64,000 nucleotides of DNA from an uncultured Pseudomonadota bacterium (GTDB lineage Bacteria; Babelota; Babeliae; Babelales; JAUPTZ01): NCBI GenBank assembly GCA_964429275.1, contig CAYSBJ010000003.1, forward strand, positions 64,906 through 128,905, written 5' to 3'. Position numbers and translations under genes: made by a program. The notes beneath the pieces were generated by a model, which did not search any database, had not been told where the DNA came from, and saw only the letters and a program-made list of their open reading frames with translations. Every line of letters starts with the position of its first letter. The first letter of the stretch is position 1. Below are positions 8,166 to 16,263 of the stretch, piece after piece.

Positions 8166-8984
8166 ATGTCTACTGCTGAACGCGCCCAAACCCTGTATAT
8201 TCAAGGCCGCGCTGAATTTGAATCGAACCGAGAAGTAGGCTTGCAGCTTCTGACTGAATCGGCCTCGCTGGGCAATATTGAGGCGGCGTATCTGCTGCAT
8301 TCAATTTTTTTTATGATAGACCCTTATCGTACTGATGAGGCCTTTCTTGCGCGTGGCATGGAGTACCTGAAGCAAGCGGCTGATGCGGAGTATCCTGATG
8401 CTATGGCGCAATGTAGCCTCTACTTAGCGAACGGAATGTTTGACTTGCCCCAGGATCTGCAGGGGAGCTTTAAGCTAGCGCAGGCTGCTGCAGTGAAAGG
8501 AAGCAGTATGGGGCATGTCATTATGGCTTCCTTTTACCGTAATGGCAGTGTCGTGCCACGCAATAGTGAAAAAATGATCGCGCACCTTGAGGTTGCGGCT
8601 GCGAACGGAGACCCTCTTGCCGCCTGTTGTTTGGGTGATGTATACGCTGAAGGCATGGAAGGGGTTTCGGTTAATGAGCAAAAAGCACTACCGTACTACT
8701 TTTATGCAGCACAAGAGGGGTATGCTTCGGCGCAGGCTGGGTACGCGCGCCTTCTTTTGAAGCGTCCGGAGTGCACCGAGAAAGATGCGGCAGTATGTGT
8801 GGATATATTGGAAAGCTTGGCAGCTGAAGGAAACGATCGTGCTATGGTCGCGCTGGGACTTGAGTGTGTGGCCGGTCGTCATGTTGCAAAAGATTTGGAG
8901 CGCGCGGAGGTTCTTTTTCTGCAAGCAGAGGAAATCGGCAATAAGCAGGCGACTGTGGAGTTGGGGCGACTGGCGGCGGAGTAG
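8166..8984 (+). CDS. Sel1-like (SLR/TPR) repeat protein
   Basis: Repeated ~36-aa units carry SLR signatures, for example 'GNIEAAYLL', 'YPDAMAQCSLYLANG', 'GDPLAACCLGDVYAEGMEGVSVNEQKALPYYFYAAQEGYASAQ' and 'GNDRAMVALGLEC..G..V.KDLERA'. Confidence 0.8.
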   Translation: MSTAERAQTLYIQGRAEFESNREVGLQLLTESASLGNIEAAYLLHSIFFMIDPYRTDEAFLARGMEYLKQAADAEYPDAMAQCSLYLANGMFDLPQDLQGSFKLAQAAAVKGSSMGHVIMASFYRNGSVVPRNSEKMIAHLEVAAANGDPLAACCLGDVYAEGMEGVSVNEQKALPYYFYAAQEGYASAQAGYARLLLKRPECTEKDAAVCVDILESLAAEGNDRAMVALGLECVAGRHVAKDLERAEVLFLQAEEIGNKQATVELGRLAAE

Positions 8985-9008
8985 CTGCTTTATGATTGGG
9001 GGTACCCT

Positions 9009-9418
9009 ATGAAATACACGATTCAAATTAAACCAAGGGCTCGTAAAACGCTAAAAAAGCTTCCTTTTGAGATCCAGTGCCTTATTGCCGAAAAGCTGGA
9101 GTTTGTTGCAGAGGATCCTTACCGTCCTAATAACAACCTCAAAAGGCTATAGGCAAATGAGTTTAAAGTGAGTAGACAGCGTTAGCTGTCATTGCGAGGA
9201 ACGAAGCGACGAAGCAATCCAGTTAAACTATATAAGAGTCATTTTTCTGGATTGCCACGCTGCGCTCGCAATGACCCGCCATGCGGGTCTTGAAGATCAA
9301 TATTTTGAATCGTGTTGACTATAGTTGATGAGGAGGATTTTTTAGGCTTCGAGTAGGATTCTACAGAGTTGTTTATGAGATGGCGGCCGCCGGGCCCCCT
9401 TTGACACCGCCATCGTAA
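9009..9418 (+). pseudogene. RelE/ParE-family toxin pseudogene, interrupted and 3'-truncated
   Basis: The 5' fragment (9009-9152) reads MKYTIQIKPRARKTLKKLPFEIQCLIAEKLEFVAEDPYRPNNNLKRL*. The 3' fragment (~9338-9418, a different frame) reads FRLRVGFYRVVYEM..., the conserved RelE core 'R.RVG.YRV.Y'. About 190 bp of inserted sequence carrying a palindromic element separates them. Confidence 0.7.
9188..9275. mobile_element. palindromic MITE-like element, copy A
   Basis: gtcattgcgaggaacgaagcgacgaagcaatccag ... ctggattgccacgctgcgctcgcaatgac. The arms are inverted repeats. The same architecture occurs at 24043 and 42153. Confidence 0.8.
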
Positions 9419-9468
9419 AGGTCTAGGCTTTTCCTTGCCACATCGTAATTGTGAATCAAGGAGGCATT

Positions 9469-10005
9469 ATGTTTCTTTCAACTCCACTATTTATATGGTT
9501 TGGTTGGCAGGTGCGGTCGGGACGACATACAGATCTCGGCGGCGTAATCTTAGCGCCTGTTCTTTTCTTAGCCGATTTGACTCTGTTTTACTATAAATCT
9601 TATTACCCCGGTTTTTCGTGGAAGCTTGGCATTGTGAGCCTGCTTTTGTGACCGATCGGGTTTATCTATGGCTATTTCTATGGAAAGGAGGAGCCGTCCG
9701 TCGTAAGCACCAAAAGCGCAAACGTGGAGGCTACTCGGGTAGATTTGGCGCCAGCGCCCATAGTTGGTGATCTGATTATTCTGGGTTCGGTTATTCTTTT
9801 TAGTATTACGTTGTTTGTTATGTACGGGAGAAACTACATGCCGGCGAGTGTGTCGTCGCAAGTGTTTACTTATCTGAGCGAGGCGTATCTTTTCATCTTT
9901 TTTGTATTGTGGCCGCTGTTGGTTGGTTATTTTCTCGCGCAGTCTTTTCTAACCTATGAAGCCGTAAAGGAAGCGCGTATCCACCGGTCTGCAAAGCGGC
10001 ATTAG
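9469..10005 (+). CDS. small multi-pass membrane protein interrupted by a single in-frame TGA (9649-9651)
   Basis: SD 'aaggagg' lies 5 nt before the ATG at 9469. ORFs 9451..9651 and 9724..10005 share one frame, with no other stop between them. Hydrophobic segments flank the stop. The second ORF has no SD of its own. Confidence 0.5.
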
Positions 10006-10207
10006 CAGAATCGCATTCTAGAGGGAGGGGACAGCTATAGTCTGTTGTCCTCTCTCGGTTTTAAAGTGCCATGCTTTTTGTGTGGGGATTGAACAAAAAG
10101 TATGGCACTTTGCTTGCGCTGGCCCACGGATGGTGTGGCGTGACACACTGCCAACAACCCTTTATACTGCCCTCATAGTATATACGTATTCAAATCAAGG
10201 ACTTTCC

Positions 10208-10942
10208 ATGCGCGCAACAAGCAAACGAATTCAACAGTCAGGTGACATCCTTTACGGAGCGCATCCCATTATCGAGTGCCTTAAGGCAGGCAAGCGCAAA
10301 GTTCTTGCTATTTACATGACCAAACCAGAGCCAAAAGGCTGGGAAAGGGTTAAGCCATACCTTCAAAAACAGGCGCCACCTATTCAATATGTTTCACGCG
10401 ATGTTCTCACGCGTATGGCTGGATGTGCCGACCACATGGGCATTTTGGCCTTTGTGACTCCCTTTGCATATGCGACCAAGCCAATTACTGCGCAAGAAAA
10501 GCAACGCATTCTCTTGCTTGATGGGGTACAAGATGTGCATAATCTTGGCGCAATTGTGCGGTCAGCTTATTGTACAAATTTCAATGCGGTACTTGTGACA
10601 AAGCAGTGTGCGCGCATGGTAGCAGGGGTTTTTAAGGCCTCAGCTGGGCTTGCAGAACACTTACCGATATATCTCATTTCTTCGGTTGCTCACACCGTGG
10701 GAGAGTTGAAAGGTATGGGATATTCAGTATACATGACCGTCGCCGATGGTGGTGTGGATGCAACAACAGTATCTTACACCGCGCCGTTGTGCGTGGTTAT
10801 TGGAAGCGAAGAGCGAGGAATTGATATGAAGGTGCGGTCTCTAGGTACCAAAGTAACACTTCCACAGCGAGATACCTCATCGTATAATGCATCAGTAGCG
10901 GCCGGAATATTTTTGTTTTTGACGTCGTTTTCTAAGAAATAG
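10208..10942 (+). CDS. rlmB: SpoU/TrmH-family RNA 2'-O-methyltransferase (RlmB-like)
   Basis: The N-terminal substrate-binding region has 'ILYGAHPIIECLKAGKR'. The SpoU motifs are 'LLDGVQDVHNLGAIVRSA', 'VVIGSEERGI' and 'LPQRDTSSYNASVAAGIFLF'. The start was moved to the ATG at 10208. Confidence 0.7.
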   Translation: MRATSKRIQQSGDILYGAHPIIECLKAGKRKVLAIYMTKPEPKGWERVKPYLQKQAPPIQYVSRDVLTRMAGCADHMGILAFVTPFAYATKPITAQEKQRILLLDGVQDVHNLGAIVRSAYCTNFNAVLVTKQCARMVAGVFKASAGLAEHLPIYLISSVAHTVGELKGMGYSVYMTVADGGVDATTVSYTAPLCVVIGSEERGIDMKVRSLGTKVTLPQRDTSSYNASVAAGIFLFLTSFSKK

Positions 10943-10951
10943 AGGTTGCCT

Positions 10952-12757
10952 ATGGCGCTTACCAATGTATCCTTACAAAGTCCTACTCGATATCTCTTGT
11001 CCTATGTGATTCGTAAGCCGGTACAGTTGGCGCTTGCCATCATGTGCACCGTCATTAACAAAGTTGCTGATATTTTGCCAGAAGTGCTGATTGGTATTGC
11101 AATTGACGTGGTAACGGGCTCTGGAAGTCCGATTTTAACGAATTGGGGTTTCACTTCACCGCGAACGCAGCTCGTAATTTTGGCCGGTGTAACCATTATG
11201 ATTTGGATCGCTGAATCGGTATTTGAGTTTTTATACATTGTGTTGTGGGGCCGAATAGCGCAGCGCGTGCAGCGTGAAGTGCGAAGTGATGCGTATGCAC
11301 ATATTCAAAAGCTACCGCTCTCTTTCTTCAATACTATGCGTATTGGACGGCTAACTTCGATTTTGAACGATGATATTAACGAGTTCGAGTATATCATTGG
11401 TGCGGCCCGTGACCAAGGTTTTAGTGGTATCATTCAATTGGTGCTCAGTACCCTTATGATTGGTGCCATTTTCTTTTACATCTCTCCGCAAATTGCGCTT
11501 ATTGCGATGATGCCAATTCCATTTGTTGCTGCTCTTGGTATATTTTTCCGCGAGCGTATTTCTAGTGCCTATGGCATTGTACGCGAAATGGCAAGTACTA
11601 TTGCCAGTGAAGTGAGTCATAATATTGGTGGAATTATGGCGATCAAAGGTTTTGGTACTGAAGAGTATGAAAAGCGTCGCATTCAAAAAGCGGGGCGCGA
11701 TTACGAGCGTGCAAGTGTTTATGCCGTATATATGAATGGTATGTTTGCACCGTTGGTACGTGTGTTTGTGTTGACTGGTTTTGTATATACCCTCATTAAA
11801 GGTGGTATGTTGGTATTTGATGGTCATATAGCCGTTGGTTCCTACAGTATGCTTATTTTCTTAACGCAGCGACTTATTTGGCCGTTTACCGGTCTTGCTG
11901 GAATCCTTGATTCGTATGAACGGAGTATGTCCTCGGTACGACGGCTTCTAGAAATTGTGCGTATGCCAATTGATCCGTCGTATGAAACACGGGTGAAAGA
12001 CCACGCGTCTCAAGAAACGATTTCAGAAGGTGAAGTGGTTTTTAATGAAGTTTCATTTGGTTACAATGCTTCTCGTCCAGTACTTCGTAAATTGTCGCTT
12101 ACTATTCCGCCGCAAAAAACAGTAGCATTTGTGGGGCAAACCGGTTCTGGTAAGAGCACCATTATCAAACTGCTGATGCGCTTGTATCACGTACAAAAGG
12201 GTGAAATTACTATTAACGGCACACCGCTTTCTGAAATGTCATTGGAAACCCTCCGTTCTTCAGTAGGCTTTGTTGGGCAGGAATCATTTATTGTGCCGGA
12301 TACGGTTGCGAACAACATTCGATATGGTGCTTTTGACTTGCCGATTGAGCAAGTGAAGGAGGCGGCAAAAGCAGCTCAAATTCATGATTTTATTCTTTCT
12401 TTGCCAGAAAAATACGATACGCATATTGATGAAAGTGGCAAGCAATTGTCCGGTGGACAGCGGCAGCGTATTATGCTTGCGCGTGCCTTGGTGCGTAATC
12501 CTGATGTCTTGATTCTTGATGAAGCAACATCAGCAGTCGATAATGAAACAGAGTTGGCACTCAGTCATATGCTTCGCTCGCTGCAACATTCCATGACTAT
12601 CATCATGATTGCACACCGTTTGACGACGGTACGGCACGCTGACATTATTTTTGTGCTGGATAAAGGGCTGATTGTTGAATCTGGCTCACACGATCAATTA
12701 TTAAAGAAAAAAGCGGTTTACGCTCGTTTATGGCGTTCACAATCAGGGGAAGATTAA
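10952..12757 (+). CDS. ABC exporter, fused permease/ATP-binding protein (MsbA/MdlB-like)
   Basis: Six-TM N-terminal half. Walker A 'GQTGSGKST', signature 'LSGGQRQRIMLARAL', Walker B 'LILDEATSAVD', H-loop 'IAHRL'. Confidence 0.85.
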   Translation: MALTNVSLQSPTRYLLSYVIRKPVQLALAIMCTVINKVADILPEVLIGIAIDVVTGSGSPILTNWGFTSPRTQLVILAGVTIMIWIAESVFEFLYIVLWGRIAQRVQREVRSDAYAHIQKLPLSFFNTMRIGRLTSILNDDINEFEYIIGAARDQGFSGIIQLVLSTLMIGAIFFYISPQIALIAMMPIPFVAALGIFFRERISSAYGIVREMASTIASEVSHNIGGIMAIKGFGTEEYEKRRIQKAGRDYERASVYAVYMNGMFAPLVRVFVLTGFVYTLIKGGMLVFDGHIAVGSYSMLIFLTQRLIWPFTGLAGILDSYERSMSSVRRLLEIVRMPIDPSYETRVKDHASQETISEGEVVFNEVSFGYNASRPVLRKLSLTIPPQKTVAFVGQTGSGKSTIIKLLMRLYHVQKGEITINGTPLSEMSLETLRSSVGFVGQESFIVPDTVANNIRYGAFDLPIEQVKEAAKAAQIHDFILSLPEKYDTHIDESGKQLSGGQRQRIMLARALVRNPDVLILDEATSAVDNETELALSHMLRSLQHSMTIIMIAHRLTTVRHADIIFVLDKGLIVESGSHDQLLKKKAVYARLWRSQSGED

Positions 12758-12840
12758 TTTTTTTTAAAAACCATGCTTGCGCCTATACCGTTTTTTCGAC
12801 TACGCTTGCCGCCACATTAATTTGAAGAAAGGAAGAATTC

Positions 12841-13638
12841 GTGAATGAGAGGGCACGCTGGCGGCATCGTCGGACGTTATACAGTATTATTGTGGGGCTT
12901 ATTGTAGTTGGTCTTTCCGTGCATGTGTATGGGCGTGTAGCCGCATGGGCATATCGCCACTACGCAGTGACTTCGTATGTGGTTGTTTCTCAAAATCTTG
13001 ATGAAGCAACAATGAGTGCCGTGAGCGATTGGTTTGATGAGCAAAAAGAAGCAGGGCGCTTAGCGCATCCGGATTATGAAAAGTTAAATGCAGAGCTGGT
13101 GCATACGTTTCCGTTAGTCGGGTTAACCGTGTGGTCTCGGTATAATCCAACCTGTTTGACCTGCAAAATGAGAGGTGTTGAACCGGTATTTCGAGTAAAT
13201 AAATATTATGTTGCCGGTGACAATGGTCGCCTGTATCGCAACAACATGTTCAGTACGTTGCCTTCAGACTTGCCCCGTATGCGGGTGAATCACTCCTGGC
13301 TGGAGGCTGATCGATTTGGTCAAGTATATGCCTTTTATAGGGGGCTACCAGCAGAGTTTTTGAAAACCTATGACTGTATCTATCGTGATCCACATACCGT
13401 GGTTGTTTCGCCAAAAGCGTCGCTTGATTTGCCACATCGTTGCGTCTGCCTTGTTGATGATCGTAGTGTGTCTTTACTGCCGGATATGGTAGCTCTGATG
13501 AGTTCATGTCAAGTGTTACGCGATGATCATAGGCAACCGACCGACGATACGGTTTGCTTCTTCGATTTTCGTTTTTCTGGCCGCGTTATTAGTAAATGTA
13601 TTACACACCAAGAGTGTGCGCAGCTACAAAGGGTATGA
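12841..13638 (+). CDS. ftsQ: cell division protein FtsQ-like
   Basis: Basic N-terminus plus a single TM ('LYSIIVGLIVVGLSVHVYG'). It sits immediately upstream of ftsA and is translationally coupled to it by an ATGA overlap at 13635-13638. The call rests mainly on synteny. Confidence 0.6.
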   Translation: MNERARWRHRRTLYSIIVGLIVVGLSVHVYGRVAAWAYRHYAVTSYVVVSQNLDEATMSAVSDWFDEQKEAGRLAHPDYEKLNAELVHTFPLVGLTVWSRYNPTCLTCKMRGVEPVFRVNKYYVAGDNGRLYRNNMFSTLPSDLPRMRVNHSWLEADRFGQVYAFYRGLPAEFLKTYDCIYRDPHTVVVSPKASLDLPHRCVCLVDDRSVSLLPDMVALMSSCQVLRDDHRQPTDDTVCFFDFRFSGRVISKCITHQECAQLQRV

Positions 13639-14906
13639 TAATGAATGCGATGCCAGCAATGACCGACTATATAACTGCTATTGATATTGGTACTACCAAA
13701 ATTTGTGTGCTCATTGGGCAGGTTTTGCCTCATGGTGCGGTGGAGATAGTGGGTATTGGGCGTTATCCTTCCTACGGGTTGAAAAAAGGCATCGTGGTGA
13801 ATATGAGTGCAACTGTCGAGTCAATCAAGCGGGCGCTGCAAGAAGCAGAAACGCAGGCCGGCGTCCGGGTGCAAAAGGCTATTGTCGGCATTGCCGGTAG
13901 TCACATAAAATCATTTAATTCTACTGGCGTTGTGGGCATTTCTCGCCCCGATGTCACACAGTATGATATTGATCGCGTTATTGAGGCAGCAAAAGCAATT
14001 CCAATTCCCCAAGATCGTGAAATTTTACACGTGTTGCCACAATATTTTCGTGTTGACGGTCAAGAATATGTACAGGATTCTTTGGGGATGCATGGCGTTC
14101 GATTGGAAGCGCATGTGCATATTGTGACGGGTGCTATTTCTTCGGCGCAAAATATTATCAAAGCAGTTGAGCTTGCCGGTGTTGAGGTGGTTGACATTGT
14201 GTTGGAGCAGTTAGCTTCGGCGCAGGCGGTGCTCACGCCGTCTGAGCAGGAATTAGGCGTTGGTATTTTGGATATCGGCGGCGGGACGGCCGACTTTGCT
14301 ATCTATAAAGACGGGCGCATTCGCTATTCAAAAGTCTTTCCCGTAGCGGGTAATCACTTTACCAATGATCTTGCTATTGGCCTTGGCATTCCCATTGACC
14401 AAGCAGAAGAAATAAAGAAAAATTTTGGCTGCGTGACAGAACAAGCATACAAAGAATTAGGCGTGCTGCGTTCCACCGTGGCGCTTGACTATGACGGCGG
14501 GAGCAAAGAGGTAGACACGTATTTGTTGTACGAAATTTTGCAGCCACGAGCGGAGGAAATTTTTTCCTTCGTGCGCGAAGAAATTGTTGCCAATCGTTTA
14601 ACTAACTTGATGCCGTCCGGCTTTGTCTTGACTGGCGGTGGTGCACTTTTGCGTGGGCTACGCCAGCTGGTACAATCTACGTTGCAGGTGCCAGTGCGGA
14701 TTGGCTCGCCGCGGTATTATTTTATGCCAGGGGATGATCAGAAGGGGGTGCCTGAGGTGTTGCGCTCGCCGCAGTATGCGACGGCATACGGCTTGTTGGC
14801 TTTTGGGTTGAAAGATAATAAAACGTTTTGGCATAGTTCGAGTGAAGCGCCGTTGCTGTCGCGGGTATTGCAGCGAATGAAGACATGGATTTACGACTTT
14901 TTATAG
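13635..14906 (+). CDS. ftsA: cell division protein FtsA
   Basis: Actin-like ATPase motifs 'AIDIGTTKICVLIG' and 'ILDIGGGTADFAIY', with 'LTGGGALLRGL'. The start was moved to the ATG at 13635. Confidence 0.9.
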   Translation: MIMNAMPAMTDYITAIDIGTTKICVLIGQVLPHGAVEIVGIGRYPSYGLKKGIVVNMSATVESIKRALQEAETQAGVRVQKAIVGIAGSHIKSFNSTGVVGISRPDVTQYDIDRVIEAAKAIPIPQDREILHVLPQYFRVDGQEYVQDSLGMHGVRLEAHVHIVTGAISSAQNIIKAVELAGVEVVDIVLEQLASAQAVLTPSEQELGVGILDIGGGTADFAIYKDGRIRYSKVFPVAGNHFTNDLAIGLGIPIDQAEEIKKNFGCVTEQAYKELGVLRSTVALDYDGGSKEVDTYLLYEILQPRAEEIFSFVREEIVANRLTNLMPSGFVLTGGGALLRGLRQLVQSTLQVPVRIGSPRYYFMPGDDQKGVPEVLRSPQYATAYGLLAFGLKDNKTFWHSSSEAPLLSRVLQRMKTWIYDFL

Positions 14907-14963
14907 CCGATGCGCAGGGCTGGATAAATTGAGTGTTGTGGTGAGAGAAGAAAGGAAAAAGAT

Positions 14964-16190
14964 ATGGATTTTTCAGTAACTGAAGAGAAGAAGCAAATAA
15001 TGGGTGCCTGCCTCAAGGTGATTGGTGTTGGTGGCGGCGGTGGTAACGCGGTAAATAGCATGGCAACCTGTCCTGAAATGTCGATGGTTACTTTTATTAT
15101 TGCCAATACCGATGCGCAAGCACTTGATGTTTCACCAGTTGCTCATCGTGTGCAACTTGGTGAAAAAATCACCAAAGGCCTTGGTGCGGGGTCTAATCCA
15201 GAAATTGGCCGTCGTGCGGCAGAAGAAGATTTAGATGTCGTGATTGATTTGATTAAGGGAGCCGACATTCTCTTTTTGACCGGCGGTATGGGCGGCGGTA
15301 CCGGTTCTGGTGCATTGCCCGTTATTGCCACGGCAGCGCGTGAACTCGGAATTTTAACAGTCGGCGTGGTGACAAAGCCATTTACCTTTGAAGGCCGTCG
15401 CCGTATGAATCATGCGGAAGATGCTATTCGTCATCTCAAACAATCGGTTGATACCTTATTGGTAGTGCCAAATCAAAAATTACTGGAATCAGTCGATCCA
15501 AAAATTTCGATGCTTGATGCCTTTGCGCTTTCAAACAATGTGCTCAAACAAGCCATTAAAGGTATCTCTGATATTATTACTAAACCAGGGCACATCAACG
15601 TGGACTTTGCTGATGTACGCTCAATCATGAAAGATATGGGTCTTGCTATTATGGGCATTGGTCGCAAGTCAGGTGAAGGTCGTGCCCGTGAAGCGGCAAT
15701 CCAGGCAATTACTTCACCACTTCTTGAGGAAGTGAGCATTCAAGGGGCACGTGGCGTGCTCATTAATGTTACGGGTAACCTGAATTTGGGCTTGCATGAG
15801 ATTAATGACGCTGCCGAAGTTATTTATGATTTGGTGAGCGAAGATGCCAATATTATTCTTGGCTCTGTTATTGATGAGTCGCTGGGCGATGAAATCATGG
15901 TGACGGTGATTGCAACTGGCTTTGAGCAGGGTGATCGGTATGTGGACAATCGTGGTTATACCACAGGGTATAATGGGTATCAGGCGCCACGCCAGCAGCA
16001 CGCGCCGACACGCAGTGCCTCGGTTGCCTCTCCGCTGCAGGCAGCGCGCCCAGAAGCGGCACCACAGATGAAGCAGATGGCTCGTCCTGAGCGCCTAGAA
16101 GAGGTTGGTGGTTCACTTGACATGCAAGATTTGGATACGCCGACTTTTTTGCGAAAGAAGGGGACAGAGCGGGAAGATAACCTACGGTAG
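14964..16190 (+). CDS. ftsZ: cell division GTPase FtsZ
   Basis: 'GVGGGGGNAVNSM', the tubulin signature 'GGMGGGTGSGALPVIA', 'NTDAQAL', and a C-terminal 'DLDTPTFLRK' peptide. Confidence 0.97.
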   Translation: MDFSVTEEKKQIMGACLKVIGVGGGGGNAVNSMATCPEMSMVTFIIANTDAQALDVSPVAHRVQLGEKITKGLGAGSNPEIGRRAAEEDLDVVIDLIKGADILFLTGGMGGGTGSGALPVIATAARELGILTVGVVTKPFTFEGRRRMNHAEDAIRHLKQSVDTLLVVPNQKLLESVDPKISMLDAFALSNNVLKQAIKGISDIITKPGHINVDFADVRSIMKDMGLAIMGIGRKSGEGRAREAAIQAITSPLLEEVSIQGARGVLINVTGNLNLGLHEINDAAEVIYDLVSEDANIILGSVIDESLGDEIMVTVIATGFEQGDRYVDNRGYTTGYNGYQAPRQQHAPTRSASVASPLQAARPEAAPQMKQMARPERLEEVGGSLDMQDLDTPTFLRKKGTEREDNLR

Positions 16191-16207
16191 GGACTGTGGC
16201 TAAAAGC

Positions 16208-16251
16208 AAGAAGGGGAGGATTACTTTTTAGTAACCCACCCCTTCTTTTTG
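16208..16251. terminator. bidirectional hairpin between convergent ftsZ and the ankyrin gene
   Basis: aagaaggggagga ttac-ttttta-gtaa cccaccccttctt forms a long GC-containing stem, followed by T-runs. Confidence 0.6.
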
Positions 16252-16263
16252 CATACGTTTTAT

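Noticed and set aside
9649-9651. UGA recoding (an alternative genetic code or selenocysteine) at the in-frame TGA.
   Set aside because: TGA terminates several conserved genes at their expected ends (ftsQ, sufS, mnmA), so there is no global reassignment. I found no SECIS-like hairpin immediately downstream, and a membrane protein of this kind is not a typical selenoprotein.
10021-10062. A terminator call after 9724..10005.
   Set aside because: The hairpin (ggacag...ctgttgtcc) is imperfect with bulges and has only a short T-run, which is not strong enough to list as a feature.
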